Origin: Octopus vulgaris
Taxonomy: Eukaryota
NCBI GenBank assembly: GCA_951406725.2
Contig: OX597818.1
Span: forward strand, 27,900,001-27,964,000
DNA: 64,000 bases
Direction: 5' to 3'
Shown here piece after piece: positions 60,333 to 64,000 of the stretch. A program made the position numbers and the translations under genes. How positions within the stretch are numbered: position 1 is the first letter of the stretch; each line of letters begins with the position of its first letter. Below the pieces are notes generated by a model. That model was not told where the DNA came from, made no database searches, and was given only the letters and a program-made list of their open reading frames with translations.

Positions 60333-62640
60333 CCATCATCGTTTAACATCCATTTTCCATGCTAACATGGATTGGACGGTTCGACCAGGGTCTGGGAAGC
60401 CAGGAAGCTGCACCAGACTCCAGTCTGATCTGGCAGTGTTTCTACAGCTGGATGCCCTTCCTAATGCCAACCACTCCGTGAGTGTAGTGGGTGCTTTTTA
60501 CATGCCACCAGCACCGGGGCCAGAGGAGTCTGGCAAAGGACACAATCGGTTGGTACTTTTTACGTGCCACTGGCACGGAAGCCAGCCAAGGCAGCGCTGG
60601 CATCAGCCACGTTTGGATGGTACTTTTTACGTGCCACCATCACGTGTATCTCAACTACAATTTCCATTTGATTTTTATTTTGATGTACTTGACACAATAG
60701 GTCTCCACAAGCACAGCAGGTTGCCCCATGATCCAAGGTAAGCACAGCAGATCATCTTGCAATCCAAGGTACTTTGACTGGGCTGGGGCTGGTTGTGTGA
60801 AGCTGGTGTAGGATACAGCAATGAACTCACTTTATTTGTCAGGTCTTTGCAATCACAGCATATCTCCAGAGGTCTCAGTCTTTCATCATTGCCTCTGTGA
60901 GGTCCAACATTTAAAAGTCATGCTTAACCACCTCATCCCATGTCTTCCTGGGTCTACCTCTACCCCAGATACCTTCAACTGTTTGGGAGTAGCACTTCTT
61001 CACACATCTCTCCTCATCCATCTGTAGTACATGACCATACCAGCACAAACGTCTGTCTTGCATGCCCCATCCGATCTTCTTATGTTCAACATTTCCCTCA
61101 GGGCGCTTACACTCTGTTGTGTGTGCACACTGACATTACTCATCCAGTGGATCATGCTAGCTTCATTTCTTTCGAGCCTACGCATGTCCTCCACAGTTAC
61201 AGGCCATGTTTCACTGCTGTGAAGCATGGCAGTTCACACATATGCGTCGTACAATCTACCTTTCACTCTGAGCGAGAGACCCTTTGTTACCAGTAAGGGT
61301 AGAAGCTTTCTAAACTTTGACCAGGCTATTCTTATTCTAGTGGTAACACTCTCTGAGCATCCACCTCCACTACTAACTTGGTCACCTAGGTAGTGGAAAC
61401 TATCAACTACTTCTAGTTTCTCTCCCTGGAGTGTGATGGAATCTGTTTTCTGTGTATGTGTGGTGTCTATTGCCCCTGTGAATCGGCCTCACACAAAAGC
61501 TATTTTCTCGCTTAATTTTCATTTGATGTTGCTGCACCTCTTATGTGTCCATAGTTTACACTGGGTACATCTTATGGAGTTTCTACCTACAACTTTTCTA
61601 CAGATCGAGCAGGGCCACCTACTTGAGGGAGTGTGTCATGAGTTCACCTTCCTACTCACTAGAACTTTGGTCTTTGCTACATTGACTCTAAGGTCTTTTG
61701 ATTCTAAACCTAGCTTCCACACCCAAAATTTCTTTTCTAGTTCTGGTAGTGATTCTGCTATTAGGGCCAGGTCATCAGCATAGAGAAGCTCCCAGGGGCA
61801 ACCCATCTTGAATTCCTGTTATTGCCTGGAGGACTATGATGATTAAAAGGGGACTGAGGGCTGAACTTTGGTGGACTCCTACTTCTACCTGGAAATTTTC
61901 ACTATACTCATTGCCAATCCTAACTTTACTAACGGCCTCTCTGTATAGGGCTTGTACAGCCCTTATTAACCATTCGTCAATCTCCCGTTTCTGCATCGCC
62001 CACTAAATAAGGGATCGGGGGACCCTGTGAAAGGCTTTCTCCAAGTCCACAAAAGCTAAGTAAAGGGGTTTATCTTTAGCTAGGTATTTCTCCTGTAGTT
62101 GTTGAACCAGGAATATGGCATCAGTGGTGCTTCAACCCGGCACAAAACCAAACTGCATCTCATCTAAGTAGACTCTCTCCCTAATGAGATGGGCTATGAC
62201 CCTCTCTGTGACCTTCATCACCTAATCCAGCAGTTTGATACCCCTGTAGTTATTTCTATCTAGGGCATCATCTTTACCATTGTAGTAGTTGACTAGGGTG
62301 CTGCTACACTAGTGATTGGGTATGACTCCATCATGAACTACCTGGTTTACAATGCAGGTGACTATGCCATAGCCCACACTACCAGCTGTTTTAAGCATCT
62401 CAGCAGTGATTCCTGATGGGCTGGGGGCTTTCCCTGGCTTTATACCCTTAATTGCTTTATCTGCCAGGGAACTGATTGGGATAGCTGGTTTCTCTACTGG
62501 GTCAACATTTGGTCGGCTCTCCTCCTCCCATTCATTCTCCACACTCAGCAGTCTTTCATAATGGCTTCTCCAAACCTCTTTCTTTTCAGAATCATTAAAA
62601 GCAAGTGCACCATCATCCATGTGGACACATTTCTCTCCTA
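60333..62640 (-). mobile_element. 5'-truncated copy of the same RTE family as 53775-57440
   Basis: Collinear high similarity from MDDGALAFND to the tail. Confidence 0.93.
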
Positions 62641-62654
62641 ATATATATATGTGT

Positions 62655-63806
62655 ATTGGTCAAAATAATGGAAACACCTGGCATCATAGCATCATAATTT
62701 TAAAATATCTGTAAAACCCTCAAAAGCTTGTTTATTTTTGTTTTTTGATTTATTATTGGTGTTTCTTAATATGTTTTGCTAAAATTGCTGTTTCTTTTCA
62801 GATATCATCAGAAAAAGTTGATTAAAATTCATCAAAATGACAGAACTATCAAACTTTCAAAGAGGTTAAATTGTTGGTGCCCATATGGTAGGTGCTAGTG
62901 TAGCAAAAACAGCCGAAATGTTTAGTGTATCAAGAAGTACTGTCTCAAAAGTAATGACAGCCTTTGAGAAAGTGAGAAAACCTCCTCACTGAAAAAAAAC
63001 TCCAGAAGAAAACCAAAACTTTCAGATAGGGACCGTCGGAATCTTACGTGAATTGCTAGAAAGGATCACAAAAGTACAGCTCTCAATATTACTGCACAGC
63101 TTAATGAGCTTGTGGAAACTCAGTTTCCACAAAAACTGTTCACTGGGAGCTGCACAAAGCCAAAACACACTACTTTCAAAAACAAACGTTGCAAAGCATT
63201 TAGAGTGGAGTAAAAACCTACAGAATTGGTCCCTAGAGCAGTGGAAGAATGTTATTTTCTTTGACGAGTCATCCTTTACCTTATTTCCGACCACCAACCA
63301 AAAGAAGCATTTGACCCAGACTGCCTTCTCCTACTGGAGGAGGATCTATGATGATCGGGGGTGGGCTGTCTGTGTCTTGGAGATTTATCAGCCCAAGACT
63401 ATTTAAGCATTTTATCTGATCAAATCCATCCTATGTTTGTGGAACTGTTTCCGGAGGGAAACACAATCTTTCAAGATGATAATGCACCAATTCACACAGC
63501 TAAAGTTGTTACTGAAGGGCATGAAGGACATTCTAGTGAAGTTGAACGTCTTATCTTGCCACCACAGTTTCCAGATCTCAATATTATTGAACATTTATGG
63601 TGCATTTTAGAAAAACAAGGATTCAATATCCTCCACCATTATCACTACAAGAACTGGTGACTGTTTTAGCTGAAGAATGGACAAAAGTTCCTTTGAAAAT
63701 AATTCAAACTATGTACAAGTCTATACCGCGTAGAATTCAAGCTATAATTACTGCCAATTACTGTTTGAAATTTTAAGGTGTTTCCATTATTTTGTCCAGC
63801 CCCTGT
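62655..63806 (+). mobile_element. Tc1-like transposon, decayed, left TIR partly lost
   Basis: caaaataatggaaacacct / aggtgtttccattattttg TIRs; WKNVIFFDES, IFQDDNAPIH, PDLNIIEHLW (DD34E). Confidence 0.9.
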
Positions 63807-63819
63807 ATATATATATACA

Positions 63820-63865
<46 letters not shown>

Positions 63866-63906
63866 ATGTATATACATATACATATATATATATATTTATA
63901 TGTATG

Positions 63907-63946
<40 letters not shown>

Positions 63947-64000
63947 TCATCATCATCATCATCGTTGTTTAACCTCTACTTTCGATGCTGGCATGGGTTG

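Overview
AT-rich, repeat-dense animal genomic DNA. The SINE, RTE and microsatellite repertoire looks like cephalopod (Octopus-like) DNA, which is an inference. One host gene is visible on the + strand: a type-I membrane immunoglobulin-superfamily protein made of a signal-peptide exon (14843), six phase-1 Ig-domain exons, a transmembrane exon (46477-46578) and a 19-nt cytoplasmic micro-exon (52819-52837). No further 3' exons were identified. Two consecutive introns appear to use GC donors. The rest is mostly transposon debris: RTE, CR1, L1/Tx1 and R4/Dong LINEs, several Penelope-like elements (PLEs), Tc1/mariner elements, MITEs, Helitron-like pieces, tRNA-SINEs and microsatellites. The most striking layer is a dense set of about 12 type-I hammerhead ribozyme (HHR) motifs on both strands. 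Three have an intact core: 12501-12607(-), 25520-25599(+) and 26317-26361(+). The last sits in a non-coding, highly self-complementary 353-nt unit with a 27-nt terminal redundancy, the signature expected of a circular-RNA non-LTR retrozyme, inserted in sense orientation in an intron of the Ig gene.
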